From Acidobacteriota bacterium (lineage in GTDB: Bacteria > Acidobacteriota > Thermoanaerobaculia > Multivoradales > UBA5704), in contig JAXDKS010000012.1 in the NCBI GenBank assembly GCA_034666985.1, positions 23,714 to 87,713 on the forward strand: a stretch of 64,000 bases of DNA, given 5' to 3'. Positions 54,339 to 62,883 of this stretch are shown piece after piece. The notes below the pieces were generated by a model. That model searched no databases. It had not been told where the DNA came from and saw nothing but the letters and a program-made list of their open reading frames with translations. The stretch's first letter is position 1. The number at the start of each line of letters is the position of its first letter. A program made the translations under genes and the position numbers.

Positions 54339-56942
54339 TTATCGGGTTTTATCCCGGCCCGGCCCGCTCAGGTGGAGCAGGAATTCGGCGGCGTAGCGGC
54401 CCCGCTCGTCCGCGATCCACATTTCGTCCGGTCCCGGGAGCATCTCGGTGACGTGCAGGGTGGGTGGGGCTGCGCCTTCCTCGGCAGGGAGGAGGGCGCG
54501 GCGGAGGAGGTCGACGGCGAGAGGGGAGTCGAGGTCGGCGTAGAAGGGCTTGGGCTCGGCGGGGGTGTGGAGGAAGACGTGGCTGGGGAGGGAGCGAGCG
54601 CGGCGCCAGCGCTGGGCCTGGGCGAAGAAGCGGGCGGCCTCCGCGTCGGCCCCCTCCCGGGAAGCCTCCGGCGCTTCGCCCGGGTTGAAGATCCAGCGAC
54701 GGCGGAAGAGGACTACCTGGCCGCTGGTGAAGCGGGGCCAGCGGGAGAGGTCCGGGACGTCGAAGCCCGGGAACACGGCGAGCGGCTGGAGACCCTGGCG
54801 GCCGATCTCCACCAGGAAGGAGACGAACCCCTCCGGGCTCACGCCGCTGCTGATGAGCGGCACCACCTCGGCGCCGCGCGCGGCCCAGCGCAGGACGAAG
54901 CGACCGGCCGCCGAATCCCAGCGCACGGTCAGCTCCGCGAGGGGGATCACCTCGGCTTCGGGGTTGGCCCGTTCGCCCAGCAGCTCGATCTCATGGCGGA
55001 AGAGGGTGGGGCGCAGGCCGGCATTGGCGCTGCGGCCGAAGTGGTTGTAGGTGACCTCGGCGAAGATCGCCCCCTCCCGCGCCAGCGGCTGCCAGCTCCG
55101 CGCCACCTCGCGGGCCACGGGGTTGTCCGCCGGGTTGTCCGGCCCGGGGCCGCCGTGGAGGTGGGCGAAGCGGGCGAGGGCGATGCCGGCGCCGAAGAGG
55201 GCGTTGAGGACGATGCGGTAGCGGCCGGCCCCGATGCCTCTGACGTCCTCGGGGCCGCGGGCCGCGATCTGGAAGAGGACGCCCGCCGACCAGGTGGGCT
55301 CGGGAAGATCGCCCACCAGGGCCTCCCAATCCTCGTCGGTCAACGCGACCTCCTCCCGGCCGGCGGCGAGCGCGGCCCGGGCGCGGGCGGCGAAGAGGTC
55401 CCGCGCCCGATCGAGGACCGCAGCGGCCTGGGCTGCGCCCGGCGGCGCCGGGGGAAAGGCGTCGGGGCGCTCCTGCGGCTCGGGCTCGAAGAGGCCGTGA
55501 TAGAGGTCGAGAAGGGGGACCTCGGTGTCGGCCGGATGGCGCGAGAGGAAGCGCGTGGCGTAGGCGTTGCGGAAAGCGACCTCGGGGTAGAGGGCGGCGA
55601 AGAGGCGCACGTAGCGGCGCAGCGGGACCTCCAGGTCGGCGCGGACGCGCTCGGGGAGGATGACCTCGATCCCTGAGGCCGTGTCCAGCCGGAACAGGAC
55701 GTCCCCCTTGAGCGGGAGAACGTGGGGAAGAACCGAGAGGCGCTCCTCAAGGCGGTCCATGGCGGGGATCCGCTCCTCGGGCGGCAGGACGGTCAGGGCG
55801 TCGACGTCCCGCTCGACGGCTTCGATCTCCGGCAGCCAGGGCGCGTCGCAGCCGGCCGCGCGCATCGTCTCCGCCACGAAGGCCAGGGGCCGGCGGGCAT
55901 TGTAGGGCGGCTCGATCTCGGCGATCAGGAATCCCTTGTCCACCAGTTGCTCGAAGAAGGGGGTGAGCTCCTCGACGTCCATCTCGTAGCGCCCGGCCAC
56001 GGCGGCGAGCAGGGCAGGGAGATTGAGGGTCCCCTTCGCGGCCTCTTCATGGAAGAGATCGAGGATGGGCTGCGCCCGGGTGCGGGAGAGGACCTCCATG
56101 TCGGTCTCACGCCGGGAGGTGATGGGGCGCCAGAAGATCCAGGAGCCCCCTTCCTCCTCGCGCCGCAGCGTGGGATTGAGCCGCGGCACGATGGCCGGCC
56201 GGGCCGCGGGTTCGGCCCCGAGGCAGGCGGAGATCTTGCGCGCTTCGCCCACGGAGAGGAGGACGTCGACCCGCGCCGGGAGGTTGGCGCCGGCCACGGC
56301 GGCCTCGTCCCCCAGGATCCACGCCAGGGCCGTAGCGCAGAAGACGGAGTTGGGGCTGGTCTTGGTGGCGAAGCGGGCAGCGTAGGCGGTGAGCTTGGCC
56401 GCGGCGTGTCGCTCGTCGTGGCGCCAGCGTCCGGGGTCTATCCCCGCCATGGCCTGGAGCCGCTCGAGGAGCGCCCGGCTGACCAGCCGCATCCCCTCCT
56501 TGAAGACGGGCCGGCCGGCGAGGGCCAGCAGGGCACGGCGGGCGCGCAGGAGGTCGACTCGGTAGGCACGGTCGAAATCCAACTGAAGATCGGCGAGCTC
56601 GGCGCGGCGGGCCAGGTGATCCGTGACGGCGGCGAAAAGCTCCGGCGGCAGGGGATCGCGGAGGGCTTCGAGCTGGGATTCCGGGACGCGGCGCCGGTTG
56701 TGGAGGGCGCGGCGCAAGGAGATGACGGCCAGACGGATGCGCGCCGCTTCGGGGTCTCCTTCGCCCGGAGGCTCGCCGGCCACCCTGTGAAGAGCGTCGG
56801 TGAGGCGCGCCACCTCGGCGTCGATCCGATCCTCCATCTCCTGGACGGCGGCGAGGCGGTTGAGGGCCTCGGCCGCGGCCAGGGGGGCCAGCGTCTCGAA
56901 GGGGAGCGCCGCGATGCGCAGGAGGACGAGTTGGCCGGTCAC
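54339..56942 (-). CDS. lanthipeptide/thiopeptide-type dehydratase, LanB glutamylation (N-terminal) domain protein
   Basis: 867 aa. The N-terminus LVLLRIAALPFETLAPL has the LanB-like R-x-P-x-x-P pattern. Size and architecture match Lant_dehydr_N-only split LanB. GTG start 8 bp after the upstream stop. Confidence 0.65.
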   Translation of the reverse strand: MTGQLVLLRIAALPFETLAPLAAAEALNRLAAVQEMEDRIDAEVARLTDALHRVAGEPPGEGDPEAARIRLAVISLRRALHNRRRVPESQLEALRDPLPPELFAAVTDHLARRAELADLQLDFDRAYRVDLLRARRALLALAGRPVFKEGMRLVSRALLERLQAMAGIDPGRWRHDERHAAAKLTAYAARFATKTSPNSVFCATALAWILGDEAAVAGANLPARVDVLLSVGEARKISACLGAEPAARPAIVPRLNPTLRREEEGGSWIFWRPITSRRETDMEVLSRTRAQPILDLFHEEAAKGTLNLPALLAAVAGRYEMDVEELTPFFEQLVDKGFLIAEIEPPYNARRPLAFVAETMRAAGCDAPWLPEIEAVERDVDALTVLPPEERIPAMDRLEERLSVLPHVLPLKGDVLFRLDTASGIEVILPERVRADLEVPLRRYVRLFAALYPEVAFRNAYATRFLSRHPADTEVPLLDLYHGLFEPEPQERPDAFPPAPPGAAQAAAVLDRARDLFAARARAALAAGREEVALTDEDWEALVGDLPEPTWSAGVLFQIAARGPEDVRGIGAGRYRIVLNALFGAGIALARFAHLHGGPGPDNPADNPVAREVARSWQPLAREGAIFAEVTYNHFGRSANAGLRPTLFRHEIELLGERANPEAEVIPLAELTVRWDSAAGRFVLRWAARGAEVVPLISSGVSPEGFVSFLVEIGRQGLQPLAVFPGFDVPDLSRWPRFTSGQVVLFRRRWIFNPGEAPEASREGADAEAARFFAQAQRWRRARSLPSHVFLHTPAEPKPFYADLDSPLAVDLLRRALLPAEEGAAPPTLHVTEMLPGPDEMWIADERGRYAAEFLLHLSGPGRDKTR

Positions 56943-56950
56943 GGATGGGT

Positions 56951-57814
56951 TCAGGCCGGACCCCCGCCGTCTTCGAGCAGGCGGTGCATGTAGTAGCGCA
57001 GCAGGGCCTCGGGGGTGGGATCGATCCCCAGGCGGTTGCAGCTCATGTGAGCGTAGGACCAGGCGAGGTAGACGAGGTCCTGCTGGATGCGCCCGGCCCC
57101 GTGCGCCTCGACGATGGCTTCAGCGACGGGCCGGCTCGCCTCGACGTAGCGCTCGGCGATCCGCACCCCCTCGGCGCCCCCCCAGAGCAACTCGGGGTCC
57201 CGGCTCTGCTCGCCGGAGAAGAGGTCCTGGAGGCCGTCCTTGAGCGCCTGGTATTTGGCCTCGATGGTCTCGATCTCCTTGTCACCCCAGGTCCCCATCT
57301 CATGGGTCCAGCGGTGACCGTGGGCGTAGAAGGCCAGGCGCTGCTGGCGGTCGAAGCGCAGCAGGTCGAGGAGCCGCTCGGTCATCAGTATCGAGATTTC
57401 GCGCCGGGTCTTGGCGAGGAGCCCCTGCCGCTCGGCCGCCATGAGGTCGAGGCAGGCGAGCGAGTCGTGGAGGAAGAGCTTCTCGGCGAGCGCCATGCCT
57501 TCGTCGCCGCCGTAGCGCTCGACCTCGCGGTCGTACTGGGCGTATTCGACCCCTTCGACGGCGCCCGAGTCGCGGAGGGGACCGAGGTCGCGGTCCACCC
57601 GCTCGAACACGGGGCCCGAGACCCAGTCGGGCTGGCCCAGGACGCGGAAGCGCACCTGCCAGCTCGGCACGTTGTAGCGGGCGAAGAAGAGGGAGTGGAG
57701 CTCGGGAGCGTCGCGGACGTCGCGCGCGATCGGCGTCACGAAGTCGGCGAGGATGCGCTCGTGCTGCTCGCGGGGGGCGTAGAGCAGGGTGAAGAGACAG
57801 AGCTGATCGTCCAA
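56951..57814 (-). CDS. LanB C-terminal elimination-domain protein (SpaB_C / thiopeptide-type bacteriocin biosynthesis domain)
   Basis: FFARYNVPSWQVRFRV and YDREVERYGGDEGMALAEKLF match the conserved core of the elimination domain. 287 aa. TTG start. Confidence 0.65.
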   Translation of the reverse strand: MDDQLCLFTLLYAPREQHERILADFVTPIARDVRDAPELHSLFFARYNVPSWQVRFRVLGQPDWVSGPVFERVDRDLGPLRDSGAVEGVEYAQYDREVERYGGDEGMALAEKLFLHDSLACLDLMAAERQGLLAKTRREISILMTERLLDLLRFDRQQRLAFYAHGHRWTHEMGTWGDKEIETIEAKYQALKDGLQDLFSGEQSRDPELLWGGAEGVRIAERYVEASRPVAEAIVEAHGAGRIQQDLVYLAWSYAHMSCNRLGIDPTPEALLRYYMHRLLEDGGGPA

Positions 57815-57886
57815 GTGGGGAGACCTCCGATCGGGAACCTCAAGGCCGGGCCGGCGGCAGTCCTGCCCGCCGGCCCGGGGACGGGC

Positions 57887-58054
57887 TCAGTTCGTGGTCC
57901 GGGCCGTGAACAGGCTGCCGGTCGTGGTGGCGGAGATGGGACAGGTGCACTTGTGGCTGGTGGTGGACGTGCCGCACCCCGGGTTGCAGATGACCTCGAG
58001 CTCTTCGACCTCGAGATTCAGGGCCTTCGGCTTGGTGTCGATCTTCTGGGACAT
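57887..58054 (-). CDS. RiPP precursor peptide A (55 aa), leader with LNLE(V) box, Cys/Ser/Thr-rich core
   Basis: AAAGGAGAA SD. Product MSQKIDTKPKALNLEVEELEVICNPGCGTSTTSHKCTCPISATTTGSLFTARTTN. Confidence 0.7.
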   Translation of the reverse strand: MSQKIDTKPKALNLEVEELEVICNPGCGTSTTSHKCTCPISATTTGSLFTARTTN

Positions 58055-58095
58055 GGAGTTCTCCTTTCGCGGGGGCTTGCGAGCCCCCCAGACGG

Positions 58096-58263
58096 CTAGC
58101 GGGTGGTCCGCGCCGTGAACAGGCTGGCGGTCGTGGAGGCGGAGATGGGGCAGGTGCAGAGCCGGCTGGTGCTCGACGAGCCGCACCCCGGATTACAGCT
58201 CACCTCCAGCTCCTCGATTTCGAGGCTCAGGGCTTTCGACTTGGTCTCGACCTTCTGGACCAT
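58096..58263 (-). CDS. RiPP precursor peptide B (55 aa), paralog of A
   Basis: GAAAGGAG SD. Product MVQKVETKSKALSLEIEELEVSCNPGCGSSSTSRLCTCPISASTTASLFTARTTR, about 70% identical to A. Confidence 0.7.
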   Translation of the reverse strand: MVQKVETKSKALSLEIEELEVSCNPGCGSSSTSRLCTCPISASTTASLFTARTTR

Positions 58264-58556
58264 GGGCACTCCTTTCTCGGTCGGGGGCGCAGTTGCCCCA
58301 TATGAAGAAGTGCATCAGAGCGTATGGATCGGGACTGCGGAGGGGCCGCGAGGTTCAGATCTGACAGATTCGGGTGCGCACCGGCGCCCTTGAGTCTGGC
58401 GGGTGGACACTGGCGGAGGTGGGCGGACTCTCCGGGCGGCTCCCACTGGAGCGAGATGGCTTTGCCCTGCAGTACTCGAAGTGCCTGGTCCACGACCCAT
58501 AGGCGTTCAAATTCGTTTCCGTCCTTGTCGGCACGGCCTCCAGTCTCTCTGGACAT
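58227..58556 (-). pseudogene. possible degraded partner (toxin remnant) of RHH antitoxin
   Basis: The ORF starts 10 bp after the RHH stop. Its 3' end overlaps precursor B and becomes low-complexity. No toxin fold recognised. Confidence 0.2.
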
Positions 58557-58565
58557 GAACAGTGC

Positions 58566-58802
58566 CTACTCCGACCGCGGATTGCGTGCTTCGATCCGCT
58601 CTTCCTCAAGCAGCGAAGCCGCTGAGACGCCGAGGTCTGTCTGCGGGCGCCCAGCGAGACGTTCATACCAGTCGCAGCGATCGAGCTCGCGCTCAATGGC
58701 GTCCAGCACGACATGGCTCAGCGTTCGGTGATGCTGCCGCGCATAGCGTCGCAGGCGATTGTGGAGAGGCTCGGGGAGGTCCCTGATCTGAAGGCTCACC
58801 AT
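58566..58802 (-). CDS. ribbon-helix-helix (FitA/VapB/Arc-type) antitoxin-like protein
   Basis: MVSLQIRDLPEPLHNRLRRYARQHHRTLSHVVLDAIEREL is a classic RHH plasmid-stability antitoxin N-terminus. Confidence 0.65.
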   Translation of the reverse strand: MVSLQIRDLPEPLHNRLRRYARQHHRTLSHVVLDAIERELDRCDWYERLAGRPQTDLGVSAASLLEEERIEARNPRSE

Positions 58803-58874
58803 AGAGAGAGTCTAGTACGCTGTCACATCCACATCGACACTGATGCCTGGCCAACACGGGGCGTCGGGAGACAG

Positions 58875-59215
58875 TATGAAGAGGCTGCCACCTTGGTGGC
58901 AGCGGCCGCCACCTCGATGGGAGTGACTGCCATCTTGGTGGCAGTGGCTGCGACCGCGGTGGGAGTGACCGCCATCTTGGTGGCAGCGGCTGCTACCTTG
59001 ATGGGAGAGGCTGCGACCTTGGTGGGAATGACCGCCACCTTGGTGGCAGCGGCTGCCATCCCGGTGGGAGTGATCGCCATCTTGGTGGGAGTGGCTGCCA
59101 CCTTGATGGGAGCGGCTGCCACCTTGGTGGGAGCGGCTGCGACCTTGGTGGGAGTGATCGCCACCTTGGTGGCAGCGGCTGCCATCCCGGTGGGAGTGAT
59201 CGATACCTTGGTGGG
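58875..59215. repeat. 16 tandem copies of 21-bp unit gccaccttggtgggagcggct (heptad in any frame: ATLVGAA / PTKVAAA)
   Basis: Regular 21-bp periodicity with point variants. Lies immediately downstream of the M50 protease stop and ends ~70 bp before the RHH gene start. Confidence 0.85.
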
Positions 59216-59230
59216 AGTGGCTGCAACCCC

Positions 59231-59950
59231 TCAGTGGTACCCCGCCCCCGGGTACAGCAGGTTGAGGGCCAGGGTCTGCAGCGGGTCGGAGATGAAGGGG
59301 AAGACGCGCCAGGCGGCGAGCAGGCCGATGAAGGAGAACATGGGCTGGTGCAGGAGCGCGCGGTAGCGGGCGGCCGTGGAGTCGCTCATGAAGCCGGGCA
59401 GGATGGCGCTGCCGTCCAGCGGCGGCAGGGGGAGGAGGTTGAAGGCGAAGAGGAGGAGGTTCAGGGAGAAGAGGATGGACAGCGGCTTCGCCGCCGCGGC
59501 GGCCAGGCCGGGGCCGGTGGCGGCCGTCACCGTGGTGAAGTTGGCGATCTCGGGCGAGTCGAAGACCCCGGCCGCCATGCCGGCGCGGATCGCGAGGCCC
59601 GACGCCAGCACCAGCAGGAGGTTGGCGGCCGGCCCGGCGGCGGCCATCAGGGCGGCACGCTTGGGATAGCGGTGGGCCCAGGAGGGGTCGTAGGGGGCGC
59701 TGGCCCAGCCCATCATCCAGTGGTTGATGGCGAAGGAGATCAGCGGGACGAGCACCATCCCCACCGGCTCCCGCCGGATGTGGGGGATCGGATTGAGGGA
59801 GACCTGCCCCCCCTCGTAGGCGGTGGGATCTCCCAGCTTGTAGGCGGCGAAGGCGTGACCCGCCTCATGGAGCGTGGTCGAGAAGATGAAGACCACGAAC
59901 CAGGTGAGGCCGAGGACGAGGATGTCGGGAGTCAGACCGTCGGGGGACAC
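59231..59950 (-). CDS. site-2 protease family (M50) membrane zinc metallopeptidase
   Basis: HEAGHA (HExxH) in the first TM region. Multi-pass. LDG motif (PLDGSAIL). GTG start. Confidence 0.75.
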   Translation of the reverse strand: MSPDGLTPDILVLGLTWFVVFIFSTTLHEAGHAFAAYKLGDPTAYEGGQVSLNPIPHIRREPVGMVLVPLISFAINHWMMGWASAPYDPSWAHRYPKRAALMAAAGPAANLLLVLASGLAIRAGMAAGVFDSPEIANFTTVTAATGPGLAAAAAKPLSILFSLNLLLFAFNLLPLPPLDGSAILPGFMSDSTAARYRALLHQPMFSFIGLLAAWRVFPFISDPLQTLALNLLYPGAGYH

Positions 59951-59957
59951 GCGGGGG

Positions 59958-60515
59958 TCACGCCCGGCTCAGGTACTTGTCTTCGCGGGTGTCGATGATG
60001 ATCTTGGTGCCCACCTCGATGAAAGGCGGCACCTGGACGACGAGCCCGGTCTCCATCTTCGCCGGCTTGTAGGACGCGCTGGCCGTGGCCCCTTTCATGC
60101 TGGGCTCGGTGTCCACCACCTCCAGGATGACCGTGTTGGGCAGCTCGATGCCCACCGGCTTTTCGTCGTAGAAGTCGATCTGGAGGACGGTGTTGGGCAG
60201 CAGGTAGAGCACGTTGTCGCCCAGGGTCTCGTCGTTCAGGGTGATCTGCTCGTAGGTGTCCTGGTTCATGAAGTAGTGGCCGGAGGGGTCGGAGTAGAGG
60301 TACTCCATGGGCTGCGTGTCGAGGATCGCCCTCTCGACCTTCTCGGTGGAGCTGAAGCGGTGCTCGAAGCTGTTGCCGTTGCGCAGGTTGCGCATCTTGG
60401 CCTGGACGAAGCCGCGCAGGTTCCCGGGCGTGACGTGATGAGAGCTCATGACGCGGCAGATGTCGCCTTGAAAGAGGACGCACATGCCGGTACGTAACTG
60501 CGAGGCTTGAATCAA
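59958..60515 (-). CDS. efp: translation elongation factor P
   Basis: 185 aa. KPGKG-loop region equivalent. Overall EF-P three-domain sequence. Confidence 0.85.
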   Translation of the reverse strand: MIQASQLRTGMCVLFQGDICRVMSSHHVTPGNLRGFVQAKMRNLRNGNSFEHRFSSTEKVERAILDTQPMEYLYSDPSGHYFMNQDTYEQITLNDETLGDNVLYLLPNTVLQIDFYDEKPVGIELPNTVILEVVDTEPSMKGATASASYKPAKMETGLVVQVPPFIEVGTKIIIDTREDKYLSRA

Positions 60516-60605
60516 GGTCGGATCTCCCGTGATCTGGTCTGGAATTCAGGACCGGACGCCTGGCAGGGAGGCGCCCGGTCGCTGAAGATTGTACAACCGG
60601 CTTCC

Positions 60606-62696
60606 CTACTCCTGCTCTTCCTTCCGGTGCTTCTGGTACTCGGCGATGAGCTTGTCCTGCACCAGCTTGGGGACCTCTTCGTAGTGCGAGAACTCCATGT
60701 GGAAGCTGGAGCGCCCCTGGGTCATGGCGGTCAGGTGGCGGTCGTAGTCGAGCATCTCGGACATCGGCACCGAGGCCTTGATGACCTGATTGCCGTTCAC
60801 CGAGTCCATGCCCTGAGGCCGGCCGCGGCGGTGCGACAGGTCGCCCATGATGTCGCCCATGAACTCCTCGGTGGTATGGATCTCCACCTTCATCACCGGC
60901 TCCAGGATGGTCGGCTTGGCGTTGGCCATGGCGTCCTTGAAGGCCAGGGAGCCGGCAATCTTGAACGCCATTTCCGAGGAGTCGACGTCGTGGTACTGGC
61001 CGTCGAGCAGGCGGACCTTGAAGTCGACCATGGGGTAGCCGGCGAGGTAGCCCCGGCGCCGGGCGTCCTGGATCCCCTTCTCCACCGCCGGGCGGTAGTT
61101 GTTGGGGATGGCGCCGCCGAAGATCTCGTCGGCGAAGGAGAAGTCCTCGCCGCGGGGGAGCGGCTCGACCTTGATCCGGCAGTCGGCGAACTGGCCGCGG
61201 CCGCCCGTCTGCTTCTTGTGCCGGCCGTGGCCGTCGGCGGGCTTGAGGATGGTCTCGCGGTAGGGGACCTTGGGCGGGTGCAGGATCAGGTCGACGTGGT
61301 AGCGGTGCTTCAGCTTGGCGACCGCGATCTCGATGTGGAGCTGGCCGGTGCCCGAGAGCAGGTGATCGTGGCTCTCGGGATCGCGGCCCGCGTGGAGGCT
61401 GGGATCCTCGTCGATCAGCCGGTGGAGCGCGTCGCCGATCTTCTCCTCGTCGCCCTTGGACTTCGGCTCGACGGCGAAGGTCATGGCCGGCTCGGGGATG
61501 GGAATCCAGGCGATCCGCACCGGCCGCTCCTTGGCGCACAGGGTGTCGCCGGTGACGGTGCTCTTGAGCTTGGCGACGCCCACGATGTCGCCGGCCACCA
61601 CCTTCTGGACGTTGCTCCCCTGCTTGCCCTGGAGCAGCATCAGATGGCCGACGCGCTCCGAGTCCTCGGCGCGGGGGTTGTAGAGCGGCGAGTCGGAGGA
61701 GAGCGTGCCGGAGACGACGCGCAGGATCGAGATCTTGCCCGTGAACGGGTCGGACAGGGTCTTGAACACCAGGGCGGCCGGTGGGCCGGCGGGGTCGGCC
61801 TTCAGCGCCACGTCCTCGCCGCCCAGGCTCTTCGCCGGGAAGCCTTCCCGCTCGGCGGGGGAGGGGACGAGGGCGAGGAGGGAGTCGAGCAGGGCCGAGG
61901 TGCCGATGCCGCGGGCGCCGGCGGTCAAGGTCAAGGGGAAGATCTGGCGATGCGCCACCGCCTTGCGCAGGCCGGACTCGAGATCCTGCTGGGAGAGGGT
62001 GCCGCTCTCGAAGAACCCCTCCATCAGCATGTCGTCGGTCTCCGCCACGGCCTCGACGAGACGGGAGCGGTGGGCCTCCACCTCGTCGGCGAGCTCGGCG
62101 GGGATCTCCGCCGGGGTGGCCTTGCCGTTGCCGTCGCGGGTGTAGCGCCAGGCCTTGAGGCCCACCAGGTCGACGACGCCGGTGAAGCCGGCCTCCTGGC
62201 CGATGGGGATCTGGACGGGCAGCACCAGACGGCCGAAGCGACTTTGCAGCGCCTCCAGGGTACGGCCGAAGTCGGCGCGCTCGCGGTCCATCTTGGTGAG
62301 GTTGACCAGCAGCGGCAGCCCGATCTCGGCCGCGTAGCTCCATACCCGCTCGGTGTTGACCTCGACGCCCGAGACGCCGTTGATACAGAGGACCACGGAG
62401 TCGGCGGCCCGCAGGCCGGCCTTGGTCTCGGCGAAGAAGATGCCGTAGCCGGGGCAGTCGAGGAGGTTGACCTTGTGCTGCTGCCAGGGAACGAAACAGG
62501 GGGCGAGGCCGATCGAGATCTTGCGCTCGATCTCCTCGTGGTCGAAATCGGTGAAGGTATTGCCGTCCTCGACCCGGTGCATGCGGGTCGTTACGCCGCC
62601 GGCGTAGAGTAGCGAGCTGACCAGAGTGGTCTTGCCGGTGTCGTTATGGCCTGCAACAGCGACGTTGCGAAGTCTCTCCGGGCTGTCCACCTGCAT
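60606..62696 (-). CDS. elongation factor G family GTPase (EF-G paralog)
   Basis: G1 AGHNDTGKTT, G3 DCPG, G4 NKMD. Domains II-V. 696 aa. Confidence 0.85.
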   Translation of the reverse strand: MQVDSPERLRNVAVAGHNDTGKTTLVSSLLYAGGVTTRMHRVEDGNTFTDFDHEEIERKISIGLAPCFVPWQQHKVNLLDCPGYGIFFAETKAGLRAADSVVLCINGVSGVEVNTERVWSYAAEIGLPLLVNLTKMDRERADFGRTLEALQSRFGRLVLPVQIPIGQEAGFTGVVDLVGLKAWRYTRDGNGKATPAEIPAELADEVEAHRSRLVEAVAETDDMLMEGFFESGTLSQQDLESGLRKAVAHRQIFPLTLTAGARGIGTSALLDSLLALVPSPAEREGFPAKSLGGEDVALKADPAGPPAALVFKTLSDPFTGKISILRVVSGTLSSDSPLYNPRAEDSERVGHLMLLQGKQGSNVQKVVAGDIVGVAKLKSTVTGDTLCAKERPVRIAWIPIPEPAMTFAVEPKSKGDEEKIGDALHRLIDEDPSLHAGRDPESHDHLLSGTGQLHIEIAVAKLKHRYHVDLILHPPKVPYRETILKPADGHGRHKKQTGGRGQFADCRIKVEPLPRGEDFSFADEIFGGAIPNNYRPAVEKGIQDARRRGYLAGYPMVDFKVRLLDGQYHDVDSSEMAFKIAGSLAFKDAMANAKPTILEPVMKVEIHTTEEFMGDIMGDLSHRRGRPQGMDSVNGNQVIKASVPMSEMLDYDRHLTAMTQGRSSFHMEFSHYEEVPKLVQDKLIAEYQKHRKEEQE

Positions 62697-62883
62697 CCTG
62701 AACCTCCTTCAGGGCTTGAGAGCGGTCAAGGGGGCGCAAATATACCACAAGGAAAAAGGTGCAAGCCGCCCTGGAAATCGACTCCTAAACCCCGAAAGTA
62801 CCAGGATTTACCGCCGCCGTTCCGGTTTGACCTGGGGACCGGGTCCGGCCTAGAATTCTCCCGCGTTCAAAAGTATTGCCGCC

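Noticed and set aside
58713-59366. 217-aa plus-strand ORF through the 21-bp tandem repeat
   Set aside because: It starts antisense inside the RHH gene and ends antisense inside the M50 protease gene. The extreme Ala/Val/Thr/Gly composition is a by-product of the repeat.
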